Assembly (NCBI GenBank): GCA_977862235.1
Contig: OZ374557.1
Location: 4,092,001 to 4,156,000, forward strand
Length of the DNA: 64,000 nucleotides
Direction: 5' to 3'
Source of the DNA: Dudresnaya verticillata
Lineage: Eukaryota
Shown: positions 54,201-64,000 of the stretch, in pieces
Numbering within the stretch: the stretch's first letter is position 1
How the letters are laid out: each line of letters starts with the position of its first letter
The notes under the pieces: generated by a model
Seen by the model: only the letters and a program-made list of their open reading frames with translations
What the model was told of the DNA's origin: nothing
Database searches by the model: none
Position numbers and translations under genes: made by a program

Positions 54201-57082
54201 TAAGACCACAACTAGGGCTGGACCCCGTAACCAGCAGACCATTAAAAGGCCGTACGCACAACCCTGCAAAATTTGCCCTTCTGTACGTAAAAAAATGCTA
54301 CGCCTCTTGCCGGACGTGCACTGCGCATGCTGTACACTTACCGCGGTTCATTCAGCCTGTTCTCGCTGAACAGGCTGCTATATATTTGGTTTCCTTAAAA
54401 GCAGCACGAAGCATACGGAGAAGCGTTTATGTTATCGGCCGCACCTTCGCTTGGGCAGAGGCATCGCAACAGAGACGTGGCCGTGTAGGGGTTTGATAGC
54501 GCTTGGAAGTCCTGCTTTGGAACGCGATGACCCAATTCTCCGTACCGATCACTATCCTCCGTCAACCAAATCTCTGGTTATTGAGCTGTCACTTGCAGTG
54601 CCTTGAGTAATTGAGACTTGGAATTCTATGACAGCTACTGCGAGAAGCGTTTCTGTGAGTTTCGCGGGGATCTGTCAAGCACATTCCTGGGGGCGTGGCC
54701 TGGGGTTTAAGACAACTACAATCCTTAATGCTTACTATCCAATGTTCGCATTAGCCCCCACCTGTGAAACAACTGACATCCCACCAGAAGAAACATGTTC
54801 AAACGCAGCACTGATGACGGTAGCACCGTAAAACCCCACAACAGTTGCACCAAACGACATCTTTCCCTGCGCTTCTGCCAACCCCGAGCATCATCATTTT
54901 CTCCGTAGGTTTATTGTTTGCTGCTCACCTTTATAAGAAGCGTGTTCCATGTACCTTCGAAGGCCGATATTTACCAGGGAGGTGGGCCCGGCTGTGAATA
55001 GAAACAAGGCAATTATCCCAATGGTTTCGAGCCGAAATGGGTTTTAGTACCTGTCTCGATCAAACCGAAACATTCGCTCATCTTCAGCTCAAGACGTTCA
55101 GTTGCGTCTACCTTTTTGCGTTATGCAGTAGTATTGACGGAAAAATTTCTTCCGCCTATGTACCAGAACATCGCAAATCCTATGATGCAAATTGCAGGGC
55201 AACAACGCCGTGAAAGATGTCTGTACAAGCGTTCGACAACTCGTAGCATCCGTCGCTCCCAGCCACGCCCTCTTCCAAGGAGACCGCAAAACGCCTATCC
55301 CATTTTCCACAACCGAGCGACATAGCCGATCTAAACATCCCGTTCGACCTCGCGCTTTACGTAGCCGACTATTTCCACGCTCACTTCCGGGAAGAAGTAG
55401 CCCTGAACGCGAATCTGGGCCCGTTCCTCGAGCGCCTAGACTCCACCATCCTCCGACTGCATGCTCTGCTCGCCTAACTCCTGCGATACCACCCTATCGA
55501 CGCCGGGCACCAGGTCTGCTGCCCCTGTGGATAGTACCCTCTCGTCGCAATGGAGCTACAACCCACGCTAACCTCGCTCACAGTCGCCACACAGATCACC
55601 GAGGCTGACATTCAGGCCGCGCTTGCACCTGCCAAGCGGTTGTACGTTGCGTTGGAGAATTCAGCCGCTACCGCCGCTGTGCTGGATGCCCTGGTCAGAC
55701 TGGGGCTGCTGTCATCAAGCGGAAGGCAGCCGAGGCCGGTAAATCACTGGCTACTGTTGCACCCATGTTTGCCACTGTGCGGGCGTCTCTCGTTCTATCT
55801 GGTTCGTTCCCAGCAACAGACAGACGGGGACAGCGACGCCATGCAGAGCTGCGGGCAGGTTTACCCGTTGCATCAGTCTGCACAGTGCCATTTTGTCAGA
55901 GTTTTGACATATGCCCGATTTGCTGTCAACGGGGGTAAATATGGCCGACGCAACACTTGATGATGCTGTGTTAAGGCTCAGAACTGCTTGTTTGGTGGCA
56001 CAGGCAATTGGGAAGTAATGTAAAGCCGAGGTGAAAGGGTCTTTTATCCGCGCAAGGAAACTTGTATTACGCGTACTTTTGAAATTGAAATAGCGCCCAA
56101 GCTACAGGACAAGACAAGAACACCACGCGGGCTGACCGCAATGCCCAGCGGGCAATGAAATAGGCGTACACACTAGCCTGCAAACATTCCGCCCCAGTAT
56201 AACGTAGCCATGTACTATGGTACAATGCGTAGTCCGTACGCTTGCCGCGAAGCTTGTACACCCTGATCTCACTGAACAGGCTACCATGTGTATTTACCGC
56301 TACAAAATATCTGCAAAGTGTACGGAACAATGTAGTATGCATGACGTTTAGGGGTTTGGGTCGGACGCCGCGTACTCTCCGCGCATCCTCGTCTCCGCTC
56401 TGCCTGGCTTCCTGCTGGCCACGAAACTCGCCTGGGCCATAACATTCTTCACCCTCACGGCCTCCGCAACGCCCGCACACTGCGTTGTCGACATTCCGCA
56501 CGGGCGAAACCCTGTTTCGCACCCCTTTGTCGAGCGCGTGTTTGAGAGCGACTGGGAGAACCCACAGCCGTTCGTTTTGGATGAGGGTGACACTGGCGAC
56601 GATGGGAGCGCCGTAGATGGCGTCTGAGCATTGCTTGCGCGCTGTCGTGTGCTGGACGCGCAGCCTCCGCCTACGACTCGGACTAAGTATACCGCCCCGC
56701 CCTGTGCAGAACGATTTTCGTCTGGTGTAGCTCGTCTCCATGCATGAAACTTGGTGTTTCCGAGCCCCTTACGTTGCATGGAGTGGCACAACAGCACTAG
56801 ACCCGCCAACGTCCTATGAAGTCCTCTGCCAGTGATCATAACGCAAAGCATCCAAATTTCATTGTGCACTCGGCATGATGCAACCGTGGATGTGCAACAG
56901 CTGCACAACATTATCCACCCCGCATCCGCGGGGCTTCGCCATACCTACAGCCAAACCCGTCTCGCTCGCTTCGCCGCTCGAGCCGCCGTCTCGGAGCTCA
57001 CTTCACCGCGCCCGCGTCAAGCCAACGCTGCAAACTTACGTTAACCTACAAGGGATCTAGCTCTTCACCAAAATTTCAACTA

Positions 57083-57506
57083 CTAGCTGCCATCACCCTT
57101 CTCACCGCAGCTCTTCTCCACCGCCTCGCGCCGCATCTGCAGGACCTGTTCAAGTGGTGGTCGTCCAGTGAGCTGCAACTGCCAGCCCACCCACACATTG
57201 TATACGGCATCCGCGGCCGCCCCGATGAGCGGAATCGTCGTCGCACTGTATACCCACACCAGCCCGGCTGCATCGTACGCCTCCCGGAACATGGGCACGC
57301 CCAGTACTACTGTATCACACGCCTCTGATACCGCGGATGCGCCCCATGGTCGTTTCGTAGTCGATCCCGCCGTACTCCTCAGCCTTGTAAGACGGCGACT
57401 CAATGTCCACAAACTTGATCGACACCGGTAGGCCGTGCTTCTCCAACCGGGTTTGGTGGAAGTTTACCTCTTTCAAACACACCGGTAAGTCGCTGTCATG
57501 TAGCAG
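57083..57506 (-). pseudogene. Pseudogene of a DCC1-like (DUF393) thiol-disulfide oxidoreductase
   Basis: Minus strand reads LLHDSDLPVCLKEVNF...IKFVDIESPSY..EEYGGIDYETTMGRI, then after a frameshift VVLGVPMFREAYDAAGLVWVY...AADAVYNVW...LTGRPPLEQVL. The first Cys of DxxCxxC is lost. Confidence 0.8.
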
Positions 57507-59151
57507 GCAGCACTATTAAACACTTGTGAGCTCAAGATCGGCCCTTGTTGAGGAATTCGTGGGCACATTTCTGCGCGCGTCATTGTCCATCACCCCACAC
57601 TTCCGTCTGTACAATGTATCACCGAGACCCTATTCACGACCAAAAAGCACAGCACTTTGACCATGCTGTAGAATACGCGAGTAGCTTCCAAACATCCAAC
57701 AGAATAGTGCGAGACTCTAACAGAATGGGAGCAGACGTCTGTACTGCGGAGCACAAGCTGAGTGTCTCCACTATGTGCGGCCCCTCATTTGCAAACCAGG
57801 GACCGAATCGTTACACACAAACTTTCGTTAGCGGCTGGGAGGTGCGTCTGAGTCTCAGGTGTGCTGATCGCGTTGAATCTGCGAGTAGGCACAGAAAAGC
57901 GGCATTCCGTGCTCTCAACCTACTGGGGCCTCTTCGTAATGCCCTCAGCAGCAGAGGGGCAAGGAAACTGTGGAACTAATTGCAAAGCAGTTGATATGAA
58001 GTGTTTGTTTGCAGCAGTCAGCAATGGTGGGGGGTGCGTAGAAGGGTCAATATGTACGAGTTGCTGACCACGTTCCGTTCCCCGGCGCCGTTGCAACCGA
58101 AAGATGCTACGAATACCACGGTGCAAAAAGTTACACCCATTATCTTCGCCTTCTTGCTTCGTTTGCGCGACTTCGAAGTGGGGCGCGAGGCCTTGAGCGT
58201 CCTTACCGCGCGCTTGCGACCTGTCTCGATCGGCGGTGGAGCGATTTCGGCCAGCACTACATTGGGTGCCGGAGGCTCGGACCCCATAGTATGCAGTAGT
58301 GGATGTATGAGCAGTGTAGTGTGTACCGCCGCCCAATGCCGGCGTGTGCACGGGGAGTCAGCCGGTGTCATCCACAAGCTTGCATTTTACGAACTTTCCC
58401 GCTTGTCTGTGAAAATAAATCACAGTTGTATGTGGAAACGGGAAAAGTAACGAATAGCAGGGTGCCCAGTATGTGATGATTTGGCGCCACAGTTGCCTTC
58501 CACCGACGTCGGCGCAGCCCTTAAAAAAATCGCGCAACGGCAGGGGCATATAGGGGTTTTCCCACCCGAGCGCAATCGCTATCGACCCGCTACCCCTGCA
58601 GCCCCCCGCAGCCCCTGCAACACCGCATCCACCACGCTCGCCCCTAGCGTTCTGCCGTACCACCCTCGCTACCCTCTCCGTCTACTGCGTTTGACGTTGC
58701 CCGCCCGCGTTGCGCTTTCCTCGCGGCACCGCCCTGCTGCCACCCGCCGTCTGTGCAGTTGGAGCCGCCGTTTCCTGTGTCCTGCTGTTTGCTGCGCCCT
58801 GGACCGCGCCTTCCCGTCTACTTCTACACAGCGCTCTTTTGCTGCCGCCGCTACCGCCGTTGGAACCGAAGCGTTGTTCCGCGCTCGGGCTGCCTCGTGG
58901 ACCTCGCCGCCGCCCGCCAACATCTTCGCTCGAGGAGAGTTGCTGCCGCGTTCTGTGGACCCCTGGGGTCGCGCTGCCGCCGCCGCTAACGATCGGCGTC
59001 ATCTCGCATCGATCGCGACGCCGCCATCAGCCCGCGCAATCCGCTCAATCTAGCTAGAAGTCTATTCTCCCGTGGCCGTTGGCTCCGCCTCTCACGTCGA
59101 CGGGGGAGAAGAGCGACTTACAAGTTGCTGAGAAGTTCGCAAATCCGGGAC

Positions 59152-59510
59152 TGTGCAGTCGCTGCAAATTTTGAGGTCTTGCACAACCCGTACCTTCTTG
59201 GCACTGTGCAGTCGTTGGAAATTTTCAAGCGTTGCTCACTGCGTACCCTCTAGGTACTGTGCAGTCGTCGCAAATTTTCAAACGCTGCACAACTCTTGAT
59301 ACTGTGCAGTCGTCGCAAATTTTCAAACGCTGCACAAATCTTGATACCGTGCAACCGTTGGAAATTTTCAAGCGTTGCACACAACGTACCTTCTAGGTAC
59401 TGTGCAGTCGTTCCAAATTTTCAAACGCTGCACAACTCTTGGCACTGTGCAGTCGTTGCAAATTTTCAAGAGGTGCACAACTTTTGATACTGTTTAATCG
59501 CAAATTTGAA
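59152..59510 (+). repeat. Regular array of seven 34-bp palindromic motifs (plus one degenerate) with 19- or 11-bp linkers
   Basis: Starts at 59152, 59205, 59258, 59303, 59348, 59401 and 59446 (periods 53, 53, 45, 45, 53, 45); consensus tgtgcagtcgttg-caaatttt-caaNNgctgcaca. Confidence 0.95.
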
Positions 59511-59537
59511 AAAGGTAGCTCTACTGACAGTGAAGCG

Positions 59538-62500
59538 ATGGTGAGCCCGAAAAGAGGTGCAGCAAAGGCTCGGAGAGGGCGTAATGCGACCAGAGGTCGA
59601 AAGAAGGGTGCCGGTCGTGGAGACAACGGTAGCACGGCTGATATGGAGGTTAATCAGCCAACTGGTGATGTGAATGATGGGGCAAGGCCTCAACCGAGTG
59701 CGGGTAGAGCAGAAGCAGTGCCAAGTGGGCCCCCTGTACACTCAGAGACAGGGAAACCGACTCCTACATCGTCTCCTGTTGTGAAAGGAAGCGGCGTTCC
59801 CTCCAGCCTCACCGGGCAAGGCAGCGAAGGTGGTAGCAAGACGGGTGCCGCTCGATCAGGTCCCGCTACTAAGAGTACTGGCGATGATGTTGCAGCTATC
59901 AACTCCAGCGGCAAGAAAACGGGAACCCCGAGCGAATTGACTCCGTCGGAGCCCGCGAAGGAAGTCTCAGACCCCCCTGTCGACGAAATGGCAGCACGTG
60001 AGACACCGGAAAATCCCACATCTGCACCGGGTGATTCGTCCCTGAAAACGAGGCAAAAGCGGTTGGCTACGGAAGTTGCAACTGCGGAAAAGGATGCTGC
60101 AACTGCGAAAAAGAAGGGCACGGACTGTCAACGAGAGGACCAAAGTGCAAAGGAAGCGACGCCTCCGCCTCACTCTGCTGTCCCCAACGATCCTGCACTA
60201 CCCCCGGCTGCTGGCGTGAACGGTGGAGCCCAGAAGAATACCCCTCAATCGGACGCAATTGGACGCCAGGCGGACACCCCTGCAGAAGTTGAGGATGAGA
60301 GTGATTCGCCTTGTAAGCCAGACGAGAACGCCGATTCCGAAGCCGGAGTGGAATCGGACGAGATCAGTGCTGCACCCTCGTCGCGTCGCAGCACGAGGAT
60401 AAACCATGCACAGGCTCGAAAGGGGAAGGCAAAACGAACCCGTGGGGAGGCTTTGTCACTCGGGGGTACAGGAGGGCGGAAGGAAGGTGTTTCTCGAGGC
60501 GTGCGTCCACGAAAGAGCACTGGAATACGTTCAGCGCCTGTCCCTGTTGACAATCGCACGCCGGTTCGAGGTGGGGGTTATTTGCCAGGGATGACCGGAT
60601 TGCGCCGCCCCGCTCCGCTCTATACCGGAATTGATGTATCGGATGGAATGGTTACATTGCCGAGACCCCGTGATGCAGACGGAAAAGTGAGTGCCCCGAA
60701 GCTACCACATCCGTCTATTCTACTGGAATTTCTGGACACTTGGAGGGTTGTGCAGAAGCCAAACTCGGAGATGACTGCCACATATCACCAGCACATTGGA
60801 CACAGCGTGTACCCAAACGACGGTGATGGTGTTCTGTGGCCTGTGGCAACCCCTGTGTCCAACATCCGCATCGCAACCCATAGCAACATCCGATCGGTAC
60901 AGCAATCGCTTCTGAGAGGCGGTGATGGTATCCCGAGATGGTTTGAGGGCCTGGGCCAATCCACCCTGATGATTAGAGCAGATGCCCTTGGGGTACATAT
61001 TCCCGATATGTACGTGGAGCGTATTCAAATTGCGGAAGAACCGAGCCCCGGGCAGGATTTTACGGGCCCCGTTTATTTGTACCGGTATCGCAAGGGCTGC
61101 CGCCCGATTCTGCCAGAAAAGTGGCTCGATACGAGTGGCTCTGACCCGAAGCTTCCGGCCAACGCTGTACTTGGGATTAACGATGGAAATGTCCGTCTTT
61201 CAGCGGCAGCTCTCCTCGGTGTTCAGAACATGAAATCCCGTGTCTCTGTCATGGTCATACCGCAGCAGCAACTTGAGGGTCTTAGGCGCAACCGCGAAAA
61301 TATCTTGGAAGCGGCGGCGTTCATTGAAGGGGTCATAACGGGAGTTGCCAACGTGCTCAACGAGGCGACAGCGCATATCGGGACCACCACACCTGTTCAG
61401 ATGGCGTTGGCCTGTGCGCTTCTACGTACCGGGACAGTCAGGCAACTGCCGTCAAGAGTTCATATTCCATCAACAGCAAACGAGGAGGAGAGTCGCTTCG
61501 ATGGGCTGCAGCAATCGATTGTAGCGAAAATCGCGGAAGAACGTAATGAGGAGCAAAATGCGCATGGCCCGGGAGCATCAGACGAGGGGATTGGCGCTAC
61601 TACATCGACACGGGATGTGGGCAGGGCAGGTGAAGAAGGCACTGGGTCGTCTAGGATCGACGAGTGTGAAGCTGTTGAAAATTTACGAGACTTGCACATT
61701 GGTAATCCTGCGACCCGTTCTACCAACTCTGCCAGCCAGCCGACAGCAGTCACTGTGAAGACAGGGGAAACGGGCCCGGAAGAGCATGGGGGAGCCTGTT
61801 TACCGCGGCATCCTGGCGGTCTGACTAAGAGTGCTGGACCTTGTGGCCCGATCAGGCCATGGAGGAAAGAGTTTTGTAAGGAGTACAATAGTTGCTTGGG
61901 GACGCTGATAGAACCGAGCCCTCAGACATACCTCCGAGGTGGGACAGTGGCTGGGGAGCGGTATGGTGTTGTGGCCCGTTCGGCAATCGGGGAGTCTGCG
62001 CCGAACAACCAGAAGAAGGGGAAGAGGAAGAGAACCGGAAGTGATGCCACTCCTGAAACGTCACAGCCCCGAAGTCGCCGGAGAGTAGAGCCGGAGGGGA
62101 AAGCTTCAACGCCGAGTGAATCCCTGGGGCGCAATATAGCAGAACACCCGGGACAGGAAATGTCCGGATTGGAAGGGGAAGGGAAGAAGCAAGACCGAGA
62201 ATCTTTCCTGAACCTCGCGAAGGAAGCGACAGACTTTCTGTTTATCTGCGGATGCGTGGAGATCAGACGCAACCGCATCGTGCATGTCTGTCAAGCTTGT
62301 AAGTCGGATAGCGAACTGATACGCGATGACCTGGCCAGCACTTGGGCCTTGGAGGTACTGGACAAGCGAGATGCTTCTGTGAGCAGCGGTGGATCTCCGA
62401 TTGTATACGCGCTTCCGTATGACGCGGAAAAGTACCGTTACATGAAGGTACTGTTCAACAAGAGTTTAACAACCCTTTTCGGGCCCATGACCCAACCGTC

Positions 62501-63083
62501 AGGGAGACGCGTGCTTGTACGTGGAAGTGCCTACAACTACAGCCTGGAGGAGGTATCGCTGTACAACATTACTGAGGGGGAACGCAGGTTGATAATAAGC
62601 GAATTCCACGGCGTGGCAATGCTGGCAGCAGTGAACCGTCTTGATCGATACGAGGCGGAATGCTTGAGCGATAGAACGGAGAAGAAATTGATCGGGGGGT
62701 ACAACGTTGCGAAGACAAGCACCAGCAGAACTAAGTTCCTTGTTGATGAGCAGTCGGAGAAGGTATACACACGGTCTTCAGGATATGGTGGCCTGTCTTC
62801 AGTCTTGAGAGAGGCCGGGATGCTCGGGGCACGTGCTGCAACGGCTGCAACCAAGCTATGCAACGGGCTTCTAGGTCTTCGCTCTGTGAACTGCATACTA
62901 CTCGCAGGTGATTGCAAGGCCAAGCTGCCACGAACAACCTCGGAGACCTTTCAATGGTTTACAGTCAACTCATGGCATCGGAAACCGACTCAGGAGCAGT
63001 TGGAAAACCGTACGTACGACATGAGCAGGCCACACGATTGTATTCGTCGCGTCTTGACGGAGAGGATGGCTTTGAAAAAATGA
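59538..63083 (+). CDS. Large hypothetical protein (~1180 aa): disordered basic N-terminus and two apparently globular regions
   Basis: Uninterrupted 3.5-kb ORF, first ATG at 59538 just after the motif array. No family recognised. One 34-bp motif lies in frame at 61665. Confidence 0.75.
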   Translation: MVSPKRGAAKARRGRNATRGRKKGAGRGDNGSTADMEVNQPTGDVNDGARPQPSAGRAEAVPSGPPVHSETGKPTPTSSPVVKGSGVPSSLTGQGSEGGSKTGAARSGPATKSTGDDVAAINSSGKKTGTPSELTPSEPAKEVSDPPVDEMAARETPENPTSAPGDSSLKTRQKRLATEVATAEKDAATAKKKGTDCQREDQSAKEATPPPHSAVPNDPALPPAAGVNGGAQKNTPQSDAIGRQADTPAEVEDESDSPCKPDENADSEAGVESDEISAAPSSRRSTRINHAQARKGKAKRTRGEALSLGGTGGRKEGVSRGVRPRKSTGIRSAPVPVDNRTPVRGGGYLPGMTGLRRPAPLYTGIDVSDGMVTLPRPRDADGKVSAPKLPHPSILLEFLDTWRVVQKPNSEMTATYHQHIGHSVYPNDGDGVLWPVATPVSNIRIATHSNIRSVQQSLLRGGDGIPRWFEGLGQSTLMIRADALGVHIPDMYVERIQIAEEPSPGQDFTGPVYLYRYRKGCRPILPEKWLDTSGSDPKLPANAVLGINDGNVRLSAAALLGVQNMKSRVSVMVIPQQQLEGLRRNRENILEAAAFIEGVITGVANVLNEATAHIGTTTPVQMALACALLRTGTVRQLPSRVHIPSTANEEESRFDGLQQSIVAKIAEERNEEQNAHGPGASDEGIGATTSTRDVGRAGEEGTGSSRIDECEAVENLRDLHIGNPATRSTNSASQPTAVTVKTGETGPEEHGGACLPRHPGGLTKSAGPCGPIRPWRKEFCKEYNSCLGTLIEPSPQTYLRGGTVAGERYGVVARSAIGESAPNNQKKGKRKRTGSDATPETSQPRSRRRVEPEGKASTPSESLGRNIAEHPGQEMSGLEGEGKKQDRESFLNLAKEATDFLFICGCVEIRRNRIVHVCQACKSDSELIRDDLASTWALEVLDKRDASVSSGGSPIVYALPYDAEKYRYMKVLFNKSLTTLFGPMTQPSGRRVLVRGSAYNYSLEEVSLYNITEGERRLIISEFHGVAMLAAVNRLDRYEAECLSDRTEKKLIGGYNVAKTSTSRTKFLVDEQSEKVYTRSSGYGGLSSVLREAGMLGARAATAATKLCNGLLGLRSVNCILLAGDCKAKLPRTTSETFQWFTVNSWHRKPTQEQLENRTYDMSRPHDCIRRVLTERMALKK

Positions 63084-63152
63084 AACGCAGGAGTGAAGAC
63101 ATGTGCTGCATAATTGCAAACGCAGGAGTGAAGACATGTGCTGCATAATTGC
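63083..63152 (+). repeat. 35-bp tandem duplication aaacgcaggagtgaagacatgtgctgcataattgc
   Basis: Two adjacent identical copies. Confidence 0.9.
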
Positions 63153-64000
63153 AAGGCTCTTCCGGACCTGCAAAAGATACTGCGCGACTTGTTATTCACT
63201 GAGAAGTACGATGTGGACTTGTGGGCGGGGTCTCCGGAAAGCGGGATGCGCACGGAACCAACGGACAGGGCGCGTCTAGGTGGGTCCAAATTTGACTTCG
63301 ACGTGTACCGGGCAATAGAAAGCGCTGCCGGACGATATGAGTTCTTCGAAGATGCATGGGTAAACCTGGGGATACCCAGCAGGATAGCCCGATGCCTGTA
63401 CTCCTTCAAGGTGGCGAATGGTGGGATGGGGGATTCAATTCAGATGAATATAATCAGCATTCGCTCTACGGAAATTGACCCGGAGATGAAACCATGCATG
63501 CTGGAATTACTGGACACGGACATGACCGAGGATGGGCTCGAAGTGGACGTGCCCCTGGCGAACAGTCTCCCTGTTGGCCAGGCCACGAGACCTGGAGACG
63601 CGTCGGCGCAGGAGCTGACGTCACGAAAAGCTGTTAGGCGTCGTAAATCAAGAGACGGTGGTGGTGGAGGTACTGGAGGTGGCGGGTCGGGCGGTGGAAG
63701 GTCGGGCCGCGAAGTGTCGGGCCGTGGTGGATCCCGAAACGCCCCCTGGCGCAAGACCAAAAGCAACACTCTCGGAAGCGTCGTGATGGGGAGGACGAAG
63801 GAGATTCTGGGAATGTCTAAAGAGAAGCAGGAGGAGGCCATTGCCATGGTCGTGACCTGCAGCATGGAGGTTTGCCACGACCGGCCCGAACTCGCGGACC
63901 CAAGTATACCTTTGGAGGAGCGATTGGAGCAGGTCAAGGAATTATTCAGGAGACCAGTAGACGTGGAGAGTATAGCGTCGGACCCACCCAATTCGGACGA
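63132..64000 (+). CDS. Open reading frame running off the right edge, in the same frame as 59538-63083; hypothetical protein
   Basis: Manual translation shows no stop for ~289 codons (HNCKALPDLQKILRDLLF...GGGGSGGG...VESIASDPPNSD). It is absent from the ORF track because it has no stop in the window. Confidence 0.7.

Noticed and set aside
59152..59510. CRISPR array
   Set aside because: Linkers are only 11 or 19 bp and are similar to one another, the repeats vary, no cas genes are present, and the context is eukaryotic.

Overview
Eukaryotic, transposon-rich DNA. An intronless 8.2-kb GCN1 gene and a GalEa-like Copia element suggest a red alga (inference only). In order along the window: the 3' remnant of a Ty3/Gypsy element (1-~2.2 kb); degraded ORFs and repeats (2.3-9.9 kb); an intact GCN1 gene (10.3-18.5 kb); a very young Copia LTR retrotransposon (18906-26012; identical 124-bp TG...TA LTRs, ATTGA target-site duplication) carrying an antisense ORF that resembles a papain-fold cysteine peptidase; a solo LTR; a degenerate 13.3-kb Gypsy element (27332-40672, minus strand) with a decayed antisense ORF that recurs in a neighbouring related remnant. 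From ~41.8 kb lies the most unusual region. It encodes a DUF3505-like zinc-finger / tyrosine-recombinase-like / RecQ-helicase protein (43.4-49.5 kb) and a large orphan protein (59.5 kb to the window end). Between 42.4 and 61.7 kb there are about 25 copies of a 34-bp motif with loxP/FRT-like 13-8-13 architecture (best copy TGTGCAGCTCTTG-caaattta-CAAGAGCTGCACA). Copies occur in non-coding arrays and in frame inside both genes, including on both sides of the recombinase-like domain. All protein assignments come from motifs read by eye; no database searches were run.
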